Assembly: GCA_041659225.1 (NCBI GenBank)
Contig: JBAZYR010000007.1
Location: 1-59,812, forward strand
Reading direction: 5' to 3'
Origin: Candidatus Staskawiczbacteria bacterium
Lineage (GTDB): Bacteria > Patescibacteriota > Minisyncoccia > Minisyncoccales > Staskawiczbacteraceae
Length of the DNA: 59,812 bases
Shown here: positions 9,301 through 15,914 of the stretch, piece by piece
Layout: every line of letters starts with the position of its first letter
How positions within the stretch are numbered: the stretch's first letter is position 1
Notes under the pieces: model-generated
Told to the model about the DNA's origin: nothing
Database searches by the model: none
Seen by the model: the letters and a program-made list of their open reading frames with translations, nothing else
Translations under genes and position numbers: made by a program

Positions 9301-9900
9301 GCCGGCAAATCGATGAAGTAAAGTGAAGTTTGAACCGTCAACTCCGACTGAAAAGATTACTCCGACGTCGGCAAGACTACCACCATTTTTAGCCATTCCA
9401 TAAAGCGTGGAGCCGGAGAGGACTAAAGCACCAAAAGGATAAGAGCCATCATTAATCCCGCCGGCGAACTCGTGGATTAGAGTGAAGGCTGAACCATCAA
9501 CTCCCATAGAAAAAATAGTGCCGGCGCTATTATCGCCGCCAAGAAGGGTCATTCCATAGAGCGTAGTGCCGGAAACAAGCAAGGAACTGCCATAATAGGG
9601 CCAAGCGCCATCGTTGACCCCACCGGCAAACTCGTGAAGAATAGTGTAGGTGGTGAGATCATCCGGATCAACTGAAAAAATCGTTCCGGCGTCGTCATTA
9701 CCTCCATTGGTGGTCATTCCATAAAGCGTGGAGCCGGAAAGAACCAAGGACCCTTGCGGAGTCTTGCCGTCAGCAACCCCGCCGGCAAACTCGTGCAGCA
9801 TAACGGTACTGGTCGCGCTAGCCATCGCTGGGATAATGATAACGCTAAAACAAAATAGAGAAATTAGCGATATATATATTTTACGAGAGAACATTACCAT
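6388..9900 (-). CDS. Multidomain secreted surface protein: 7 GloVer-type repeats, Calx/Ig-like region, trypsin-like serine peptidase domain, cadherin-like repeat, FN3, C-terminal peptidoglycan-binding domain
   Basis: Signal peptide. Seven ~53-aa units of LHEFAGG..DG..P.GSLVLSGSTLYGMT..GG....GTIFS....DGS.FT. Triad-like motifs TPLHVLVANH / DSDIQLLVL / GDSGDAGF (Ser codon 7729-7731). Cadherin-like ATDSHGGDSLSYAFVSGNTGSAFAINSSTGAITV. FN3-like PSSLTLVADSASQITASWS. PG_binding_1-like YFGPLTLKAVQCFQNKY. Confidence 0.75.
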   Translation of the reverse strand: MVMFSRKIYISLISLFCFSVIIIPAMASATSTVMLHEFAGGVADGKTPQGSLVLSGSTLYGMTTNGGNDDAGTIFSVDPDDLTTYTILHEFAGGVNDGAWPYYGSSLLVSGTTLYGMTLLGGDNSAGTIFSMGVDGSAFTLIHEFAGGINDGSYPFGALVLSGSTLYGMAKNGGSLADVGVIFSVGVDGSNFTLLHRFAGGVADGSDPYSSLILSGSTLYGMTNTGGDANVGTIFSIGTNGLNFTLLHEFAGQPNDGASPSYDSLVLSGSTLYGMTKSGGDSNVGTIFSVGVDGSGFTVLYDFINAAGNNPLGSLIIFDSIFYGMTSTGGSSLVGDIFSVGVDGSGFTVLHNFAGGVDDGANPYGSLVLSGSTLYGLTSIGGNANVGTIFSYSLLADTTPRPVASPSTVSVTEGASDSFSISLSTEPTANVVISLAVTAPGYGSSISISPSTLTFTADNWSIGQTVTVSALNDSAYSGNRIAQITESITSTDTDYNNYDASPVSVGITEDETWPSSVVGCSPLNSSDLCEEMTYEVENRLTSLTPSDSTQDIWATRGNGASGWSRNSSFWGADLDFTGVSPWNSNGYYRAGTLITPLHVLVANHYPINNNSTVIFVTADNTIVSRTVSDQMQIGDSDIQLLVLNAAVPATIAYYPIMSYEQFKDYSSSLRVPLVLFNQLDSPILKDMVGFGLGTITDASIIHETPSPTDSERYAFRGDIIAGDSGDAGFFVVNDQPVLVLTNQTVVSGPFIGRYIDEINDAIVTLGDGGGYQVTALDLSAFVPNSVPAVTAATLSITTGSVAGTAVGTVSATDSHGGDSLSYAFVSGNTGSAFAINSSTGAITVNDPSAFDSQINSQFTLVVSATDDWPYPGTGTGSITVNVLPNVPSSLTLVADSASQITASWSANSNPVGTQYYIENTTASTNSGWTTDTSWASSDLTCSKSYSFKVKARNGDGLSTSYTDISAATTLSCGGGGLPAGALQPPIIPQGGFSVSINSNASTTNSRIVTLALAAGSDTLRMALSDNPEFTNAVQTQYLATTTWMLPEGNGTKTIYAKFFTKYGQASAAVSDSIVYNQEKVTDPELQYIFNKNLYLGIVDKDVIQLKLILAAEDCISGVSNTTYFGPLTLKAVQCFQNKYKAEISNLSGYTISATGYFGPGTRGWVNGMSK
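8700..9804 (-). repeat. Seven tandem ~159-nt coding repeats (GloVer-type units)
   Basis: The string cattccataaagcgtggagcc(g/c)ga(g/a)a recurs at ~9071, 9237, 9395 and 9716, and in degenerate form elsewhere. Confidence 0.8.
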
Positions 9901-9964
9901 ATTTAAAAACGATCAACGACAACGTGCAATTTGTTATAGGCTCTTCGTCATTAACTCCCTCCCT

Positions 9965-11245
9965 CTATTCAAACTTCAATTCAATCTTAATCTTCTCTTG
10001 GTCATTAGGCGCCTTTTTCACCCAAAACGGCCAAAAATCCACTACAACGCTATTGATTTGCTCAGGAAATTCTCCGTTTATAACATTCGTGATCTCACTG
10101 ACTTTCTTTCCCATAAAAGCCAAAGTCATGGCTTGTTCGTCAATCGTTGGGAAAACCTCTGTAACTATATTCAAGTTAAGCTCTATTTCTTTTGTTTTTA
10201 AATCCACTGTTTCTGAGCCGTAGTTTAAAACAAAACTTTTTTGCAGAATAGTTTTTTCTCCGGAATACTGATCAAGAATATATTTTACGGCTATATCTTT
10301 CAAATCCGCTTCCTTAATCACTAGCGCGCTAACCTTCACCTTTGCCTTATATGTGAACTTCTCCACCTCTGCGCCGGCTTTAACCGAGGAAGAGCTTTCA
10401 AGGACATCCTTGGCGAAAGAATCGTTAAACATGACTAAAGATTCCGATGATATTTTTCCCTTTAAAATATCTTCGGTATCGCTTAGAAGTTTCTGCGTTA
10501 AACTATTCTTTGCGTCTTCAATATCCTCAGCTGTAACTATTTTTAAAGCTGACTCATAACCACCGGTCATCTTTTCAGTTGTTTCTCCGTAAATGTTATA
10601 AAAGGAAGCTGTGCCGGCTAACCCGGGGAGCGAAAACTTTGAAGGATTGATATTATATGCTTCCCCCGACTCAACCGCAGTAACCTTAACATCAACCCAA
10701 CCAGGAGTTACTTTACTGCCTTTAATTTCAGCTGCTGGAACAGTTACCTTATTAACTGATCTAAATAGTTTTCCTGTATCGGATAAAAACCTTGTCTTGG
10801 CCACAAAGGTAAAAGATTTTGCCGGATTCGCCTTGTTATATACCCGAATAGTTCCTCCAGCTATCCCCTCTTTTGAGCTTGAGCCGGTTGCAGGAAACTC
10901 TTGAAAAAGTTCGTTCTCTTCTTCGAGAAGTTGCGCAGGGACTTCATTATTCGCTAAATCAACTTCCAGCACATCAACGCCGGCTGTTATCGGCTTATCC
11001 AAAGCAACGGCTTCGGTTTTAGGCCAAATCTCGACCTTCGCTGAGGCTAAGGCAAAATATAAATAGCTGGCGAAAAGAACGATGACAATCCCGGCAAAAC
11101 TGAAAATCACTTTCAATCTTGAAAACTCTTTCTTGCCTTTCTTAGACTTTTTTTTCTTACTTTTGATTCCCATTAAATCTTTTGCTTTATCTTCCACGTC
11201 GGATATTAAATGCGGCGGGATTATATCGAAAAACTTTTTAGCCAT
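9965..11245 (-). CDS. Hypothetical membrane-anchored protein (N-terminal MAKKFFDIIPP motif, one TM helix, large extracytoplasmic domain)
   Basis: Long ORF with a basic stretch, then TM helix VIFSFAGIVIVLFASYLYFALA. I cannot name a family with confidence. Confidence 0.6.
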   Translation of the reverse strand: MAKKFFDIIPPHLISDVEDKAKDLMGIKSKKKKSKKGKKEFSRLKVIFSFAGIVIVLFASYLYFALASAKVEIWPKTEAVALDKPITAGVDVLEVDLANNEVPAQLLEEENELFQEFPATGSSSKEGIAGGTIRVYNKANPAKSFTFVAKTRFLSDTGKLFRSVNKVTVPAAEIKGSKVTPGWVDVKVTAVESGEAYNINPSKFSLPGLAGTASFYNIYGETTEKMTGGYESALKIVTAEDIEDAKNSLTQKLLSDTEDILKGKISSESLVMFNDSFAKDVLESSSSVKAGAEVEKFTYKAKVKVSALVIKEADLKDIAVKYILDQYSGEKTILQKSFVLNYGSETVDLKTKEIELNLNIVTEVFPTIDEQAMTLAFMGKKVSEITNVINGEFPEQINSVVVDFWPFWVKKAPNDQEKIKIELKFE

Positions 11246-11288
11246 ATAAGTAATGAATTGCTAATAACTTAGCTTTAATAATTAAAAA

Positions 11289-13154
11289 TTATTCTAAAAT
11301 TGCTTTAATTCTTCTAACGCCCGCGCTAGAAGACTCTTCTTTTTGGATTTTAAAATGGCCCAGTATTCCTGTCGTCTCAACGTGCGGGCCTCCGCATATT
11401 TCCCTACTTGTAGTTTCATTATAATCGCCGATAGTATAAACCTTAACCTTGTCCCCGTATTTTGATTCAAAAACTCCCATGGCGCCGGATTCGTGGGCTT
11501 GGTTCAAATCCATTTCTTCACAATTTACAGGAAGATTCGCCTCTATCGCCTTGTTAACGAAATCCTCAACAAGCTTAATTTGCTCGGGTGTCATTTTCTC
11601 TTTGTGGAAAAAATCAAACCTTAAACGTTCAGCATTTATGTTGCTTCCTTTTTGCGTAACATGGTCGCCCAAAACTTTTCTTAAGCCGGCGAGCATTAAA
11701 TGCGCAGCCGTATGTAGCTTTGTTGTTTCTAAACTCGCATCTGCTAAACCGCCCTTAAATGCGCCCGCCGAAACAGTTCGAGATAATTCTTTGTGCTTCA
11801 CAAATTCCTTCTGGAATTCCTCCATATCCACCTCCAATCCTTTCTCTTTTGCTAGTTCTTCGGTCATCTCAATCGGGAACCCGCATGTTTGGTAAAGATC
11901 AAAGGCATCTTTACCGGAAATCGTATTTTTCCGCCATATGATCTCACACTCCTTTAATCCCTTTTCTAGGGCCAAAACAAATTTTTCTTCTTCAGCATCT
12001 AAGCAAGCGGCGATAAAGCTGAGGTTCTTTTCTATCTCGGGGTAAACCAAAGCATAGTCCTTTGCTATTATCTTGGCTATTTCTTTTGTCCACGAGGCTT
12101 TGCAAATCCCCAATAGCTTTCCAAATCTTATTGCCCGTCGGATTAATCTTCTTGCAATGTATCCCTGACCTACATTGCTCGGGCTGATGCCGCTATCGTC
12201 CCCGATTATAAAGGTAACGGCCTTTAAATGGTCGGCTACGATTTCAAAAGCTTTTATATTGTCTTTATACCTTTTTCCGGACAGCTCCTCTATCTTAGAT
12301 ATGACGTTGACGAATAAATCTGTCTGAAAAATATTATCCAATCCTTCAGTCACCATAGTCATTCTCTCTAACCCTCCCCCAAAATCTACATTGAATTGTT
12401 TTAGTTTCTCAAATCCTTTTTCTGTTTTTTTATACTCCATAAAAACGCTGTTCCCTATTTCAATAAATCTTCCGCAGTCGCAGTTAACATGGCACGGCTG
12501 GTCAGCGAATACTGAGTTTTCATGTTTCTTTAAGTCAGCTCCCAGGTCATAGAATATTTCGCTGTCCGGACCCCCTATTTCCCCCACTGGCATTTTTTCT
12601 GGAGAGCCAGATCTTGACCACCAATTTTTGCTTCCCGGGTAGTAAAAAATCCTGGCATCCCCCATGCCTTTTTCTTCGGCGAAATCCAGATCTTTATTAT
12701 CAAGGTCGCGCTCTTTTAATATCGCCTTCCAAATATTTACGGAATCTTCGTCCTTCTTCACCCCTATTTTTTCGTCTCCGCGGAAAACGGTGACGTATAG
12801 GCGACTGGGGTCGATCTTTAATTCGTCGACTAGGAAAGAAAATATCCAAGGTAATTGTTCTTTTTTGAAATAGTCCCCTAAGGACCAGTTACCAAGCATC
12901 TCAAAAAAAGTAGTATGACGTCCGTCGCCTACTTCCTCGATATCTTCTGCCCGAAAAGACTTCTGCGAATCAGTTAAACGAGTTCCCAAAGGATGTTTTT
13001 CTCCGAGTAAATAAAGAACAAGAGGCTGCATACCTGAGCCGATGAATAAAGTCGAAGAATCATTGACTGGGATTATTGAAGAACTGGGAATTATAGCGTG
13101 GTCTTTGGACTTAAAAAAGTCTAAAAATTTCTGCCTTACGTTAAAGGAATTCAT
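11289..13154 (-). CDS. alaS: Alanine--tRNA ligase, short form (621 aa; catalytic, tRNA-binding and editing domains; no C-Ala domain)
   Basis: FLDFFKSKDHAIIPSSSIIPVNDSSTLFIGSGMQP; editing motifs HTAAHLMLAGL and CGGPHV. Start moved to ATG 13154 (MNSFNVRQKF), because the track start at 13253 runs through a terminator hairpin. Confidence 0.9.
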   Translation of the reverse strand: MNSFNVRQKFLDFFKSKDHAIIPSSSIIPVNDSSTLFIGSGMQPLVLYLLGEKHPLGTRLTDSQKSFRAEDIEEVGDGRHTTFFEMLGNWSLGDYFKKEQLPWIFSFLVDELKIDPSRLYVTVFRGDEKIGVKKDEDSVNIWKAILKERDLDNKDLDFAEEKGMGDARIFYYPGSKNWWSRSGSPEKMPVGEIGGPDSEIFYDLGADLKKHENSVFADQPCHVNCDCGRFIEIGNSVFMEYKKTEKGFEKLKQFNVDFGGGLERMTMVTEGLDNIFQTDLFVNVISKIEELSGKRYKDNIKAFEIVADHLKAVTFIIGDDSGISPSNVGQGYIARRLIRRAIRFGKLLGICKASWTKEIAKIIAKDYALVYPEIEKNLSFIAACLDAEEEKFVLALEKGLKECEIIWRKNTISGKDAFDLYQTCGFPIEMTEELAKEKGLEVDMEEFQKEFVKHKELSRTVSAGAFKGGLADASLETTKLHTAAHLMLAGLRKVLGDHVTQKGSNINAERLRFDFFHKEKMTPEQIKLVEDFVNKAIEANLPVNCEEMDLNQAHESGAMGVFESKYGDKVKVYTIGDYNETTSREICGGPHVETTGILGHFKIQKEESSSAGVRRIKAILE

Positions 13155-13200
13155 TAGGTAATTGTAGCTTAATAAAAAAGGAAATTCAAATTTAATGTAT

Positions 13201-13234
13201 AAAAAGAGGCCTCCGGAGGGTTGCCCCGGAGGCC
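13201..13234 (-). terminator. Strong intrinsic terminator ending structured RNA element A, about 45 nt upstream of the alaS ATG
   Basis: Minus strand: GGCCUCCGG-GGCAACCCU-CCGGAGGCC (9 GC-rich bp) followed by UCUUUUUAU. Confidence 0.8.
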
Positions 13235-13766
13235 CTTGGCATGCGATTCGCACGAACTTCCTGTCAGGAAGACACAGTGCGGCGCCGAAAAAGGGCTCGC
13301 ATACCTATACTAGGGCCAGAGATGATCTCTGGCGAGAAAATGTGCTAAAAAGATGGACAGTTGACAGACGGCTTGAGCTGTCGGTTTGAGTGTCGGCGGC
13401 GGGCGTTTTGCCCTGAATCGGACTATGTCGCCGATAGGGTAGCAACGTTGCCCCCAGAATCTCGGAACCACAGCGTGGGACCGGCCCGCGTTCACGCGAA
13501 AGCGCTCCCCGGGCATCGTTGGGCCGTTGGTAACCGTTTTGTGCAACTCTAGAATTGCACAATCATTCGCCTCAGTGACAAACTGGTGGCTCTCCAAGAG
13601 AGTCAGTCTGAAACTACTCAGCTTACATCGCTTGGCACACGATGCATGCTTTCGGTCCGCATAAATAGCGGGTTAGGCGAATACTGTCAACTGTCCAGGA
13701 GATTACTTATCACCAAATATGATAAACAATCTACTGGACAGCTGATATTCTTAAATGAACAACCAC
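13201..13766 (-). ncRNA. Unclassified GC-rich structured RNA or leader (element A) between the ykuK-like gene and alaS
   Basis: GC-rich block in an AT-rich genome, with overlapping ORFs in several frames. Perfect 13-bp closing helix 13696-13684 / 13367-13355. Nested helices 13682-13675 / 13572-13565, CAGACUG/CAGUUUG (G-U valid only on the minus strand), GUGCAA/UUGCAC and CGCG-UGAA-CGCG. Own promoter and terminator. Confidence 0.6.
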
Positions 13767-13772
13767 TCTGGT

Positions 13773-13800
13773 ATATTAGCAAATCAATACTGCTTGTCAA
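13773..13800 (-). promoter_or_regulatory. Sigma70-like promoter for element A / alaS
   Basis: Minus strand: TTGACA (13800-13795), 16-nt spacer, TAATAT (13778-13773). Begins 4 nt after the ykuK-like stop codon. Confidence 0.55.
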
Positions 13801-13803
13801 TGC

Positions 13804-14322
13804 CTAAGAATACTTGTCAGCTATTGAAGAAGCGGCAAAGGATTCTGGTTTAATCTTTGCTTCGAATCCATTACTTTTGATTAAACCGACAATCTCCTTT
13901 ACCATATCCCGAGTCTTACCCACTTCCCCGACATCAGCATGTATATACCGAAACTGGTAGTTAAGGAGATTTTCGTGGTTAATAGCTTCCTTCAAGATCG
14001 CTTCCTTTAGGAATAGTGCTAAGTCGCAGGATAATAAAACCTCTTCTAAAATCCTCTGGTGCCAATGCGAGAACTTCTTGCTTATATTATCCGGGTAGGT
14101 GATCTTTTTGATAAAGAATCTTCCACCTCCGCCAACGCGCCAGACAACTATTACAACCGGGAAAAAAACTTTATCCCCTGAAGATGAATCGCAACCTACG
14201 ATAATATCATAAAAATTCTGGGGTTTTTCCTGGATGTATGCAAAGATTTCTTTGATTACATTATCAAAAGTTAAATTCCCTTTGCTGGGGTTATAGAAGT
14301 AACCTTCTTCAAATCGATGCAT
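13804..14322 (-). CDS. YkuK/DUF458 family RNase H-fold protein
   Basis: FYNPSKGNLTFDNVIKEIFAYIQEKPQNFYDIIVGCDSS matches my recollection of the YkuK N-terminal signature. Confidence 0.6.
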   Translation of the reverse strand: MHRFEEGYFYNPSKGNLTFDNVIKEIFAYIQEKPQNFYDIIVGCDSSSGDKVFFPVVIVVWRVGGGGRFFIKKITYPDNISKKFSHWHQRILEEVLLSCDLALFLKEAILKEAINHENLLNYQFRYIHADVGEVGKTRDMVKEIVGLIKSNGFEAKIKPESFAASSIADKYS

Positions 14323-14325
14323 AAG

Positions 14326-15075
14326 TTAAATTGCTGCCTTTACTATTTTAATAAACTCGTCTGCATTTAAAGATGCGCCACCCACTAGCAAACCCTGCAT
14401 TTTTGCTTCCTTCAAATATCCACCTGCATTCTGGCTATTAGCGCTTCCACCATAAATAATTCGGATGTCCTTCGTGCCCTCCTGACCATACATCGAAACC
14501 AATAGACCTTGAATATACAAAAATATCTTTTCAATTTTTTCTACAGTCGGCAACTCCTTTGTTGTATACGGATCTCCCGTGCTTATAGCCCAAATAGGCT
14601 CATAAGCAACGTTGAGATTCTTAACTTCGGTTACACCGTTGAGCGCAGCCGCTAGCTGCGATTTTAAGATATCCTTTGTTTCGTTCTTTTCCCTTTCTTC
14701 AAAGCTCTCGCCAATGCATAAAATCACTCTCAATCCAGCGTGGATAGCTTTTTTAACCTTCCGGTTAACATCTTCGTCAGTTTCCTGAAAGTGCTTTCTT
14801 CTTTCGGAATGGCCGATAATAACATATTCGGCTCCGATGTCTTTTAACATTAAAGCGGAGACTTCCCCCGTATAGGTGCCTTTTTCTTCCCAGGAGCAGT
14901 TCTGGCCGCCCAAGGGTAAGCCTTTAAATAAGGGTAAATAAAGGGAGGCCGGACAAATTACTGTTTCGACGTTCTTGATATTTTTTACTCCTTTTTTTAT
15001 CAGCTCAAAAAGCATCTTGGCCTCTCTCTGGTTTGTTGGATTCATTTTCCAATTACCGACAATAAGTGGTTTCAT
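14326..15075 (-). CDS. tpiA: Triosephosphate isomerase
   Basis: MKPLIVGNWKMN, IIGHSERR, YEPIWAISTG. I prefer the ATG at 15075 over the track start at 15105 because of the conserved N-terminus. Confidence 0.9.
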   Translation of the reverse strand: MKPLIVGNWKMNPTNQREAKMLFELIKKGVKNIKNVETVICPASLYLPLFKGLPLGGQNCSWEEKGTYTGEVSALMLKDIGAEYVIIGHSERRKHFQETDEDVNRKVKKAIHAGLRVILCIGESFEEREKNETKDILKSQLAAALNGVTEVKNLNVAYEPIWAISTGDPYTTKELPTVEKIEKIFLYIQGLLVSMYGQEGTKDIRIIYGGSANSQNAGGYLKEAKMQGLLVGGASLNADEFIKIVKAAI

Positions 15076-15167
15076 ATATTTTGTATTATGTTTCCATTCT
15101 AACACTTTAAAAAAAGAAAAAAAGAACCCCGATAATGGGGCGTTATTAATAGGCTACAACCGCCTCA

Positions 15168-15914
15168 TCAGCCAACAGTGAGAACTTTGTATCCCTTCTT
15201 TGTTACCGCAATCATATGCTCAAAATGAGCAGACAAAGAACCGTCTTTTGTTTGGTACCCGTAGTTATCCCTGGCTTTTTTTATTCTCCAGTCTCCAACG
15301 GTTGTCATAGGCTCAATGCATATTACCATTCCCTCTTTAAGAGCTGTCCCTTTGCCCTTGTCGTTATAGTTCGGAACCTTCGGATCTTCGTGAACTGTTT
15401 TCCCTATTCCATGGCCGCAAAGTTCTCTCACTACACCGAATCCCTCTTTCTCAATATATTTTTCAATAGCTTCGCCAATATCATTGGTGGTCGCCCCGGG
15501 CTTTACTTTTTCAATCCCAACCTCCAGCGCTCTTTTGGTGACCTTTATTAATCTCTGATTTTCTTTTGAAATCTTTCCCACTCCTACGGTAACTGCCATA
15601 TCACTATTAAAACCTTTGTATAAAACTCCGGAATCCAATGAGATAATATCCCCCTCTTTCAAAACTCTGCCGGACGGTATTACATGGACTAATTCCTCGT
15701 TGACTGAAGTACATAAAGAAGCAGGAAAATTATCGTATCCTTTAAATGCTGGTTTGGCGTTATATTTAAAAATAAGAGCCTCGGTGGCTCTATCTAATTC
15801 CTCAGTGGTAACCCCTGGTTTCACTATCGCAGAAACTTCCTTTATAATCGCAGCTAGAATCTTACCGCCCTCCGCCATTATTTGAATTTCCTCAGGGGTC
15901 TTTATGGAGATCAT
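15168..15914 (-). CDS. map: Type I methionine aminopeptidase
   Basis: DSGVLYKGFNSDMAVT, CGHGIGKTVHEDP, EPMTTVG, HFEHMIAVT. Confidence 0.95.
   Translation of the reverse strand: MISIKTPEEIQIMAEGGKILAAIIKEVSAIVKPGVTTEELDRATEALIFKYNAKPAFKGYDNFPASLCTSVNEELVHVIPSGRVLKEGDIISLDSGVLYKGFNSDMAVTVGVGKISKENQRLIKVTKRALEVGIEKVKPGATTNDIGEAIEKYIEKEGFGVVRELCGHGIGKTVHEDPKVPNYNDKGKGTALKEGMVICIEPMTTVGDWRIKKARDNYGYQTKDGSLSAHFEHMIAVTKKGYKVLTVG

Noticed and set aside
9965-11245. A baseplate J/gp47-like assignment for the 426-aa membrane-anchored protein.
   Set aside because: It rests only on a vague recollection of similar CPR proteins being annotated that way. I could not point to diagnostic motifs, so I left it as hypothetical.
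13155-13253. The N-terminal 33 codons of the track alaS ORF (MRIACQGPPGQPSGG...).
   Set aside because: This segment is the translation of the terminator hairpin of element A. The conserved AlaRS N-terminus begins at the internal ATG 13154 (MNSFNVRQKFLDFF).
13355-13696. RNase P RNA, SRP RNA, T-box or FMN riboswitch identity for elements A and B.
   Set aside because: I could not find the RNase P CR-I GAGGAAAGUCC / CR-IV ACAGAA..GGCUUA pair, the SRP UCCGGAAGGAAGCAGC motif, or the T-box GGGUGGUACCGCG. Weak resemblances to FMN-element strings (CGACAUAGUCCGAU, AGGGUGGAUCCCGGACC) are out of order or incomplete, and the downstream genes do not fit. This is not a definitive exclusion without cmscan.
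13560-13700. tmRNA, suggested by GGAGAGCCACCA on the minus strand and by a run resembling the E. coli tmRNA segment AAGCGAAUGUAA...AGACUGACU.
   Set aside because: There is no T-arm (GGUUCGA-type loop) before the ACCA. The acceptor 3' strand ends GCC, so the G3-U70 alanine identity pair is impossible. No GGGG...UUCGAC 5' end is present. The CCA lies inside a well-paired internal helix.
13195-13807. Track ORFs 13195..13389(+), 13305..13562(-), 13310..13597(-), 13361..13552(+) and 13586..13807(+), as possible small proteins.
   Set aside because: They overlap one another in multiple frames and on both strands inside a GC-rich block full of stable helices. None has an SD. They are best explained as artefacts of a structured RNA (element A).
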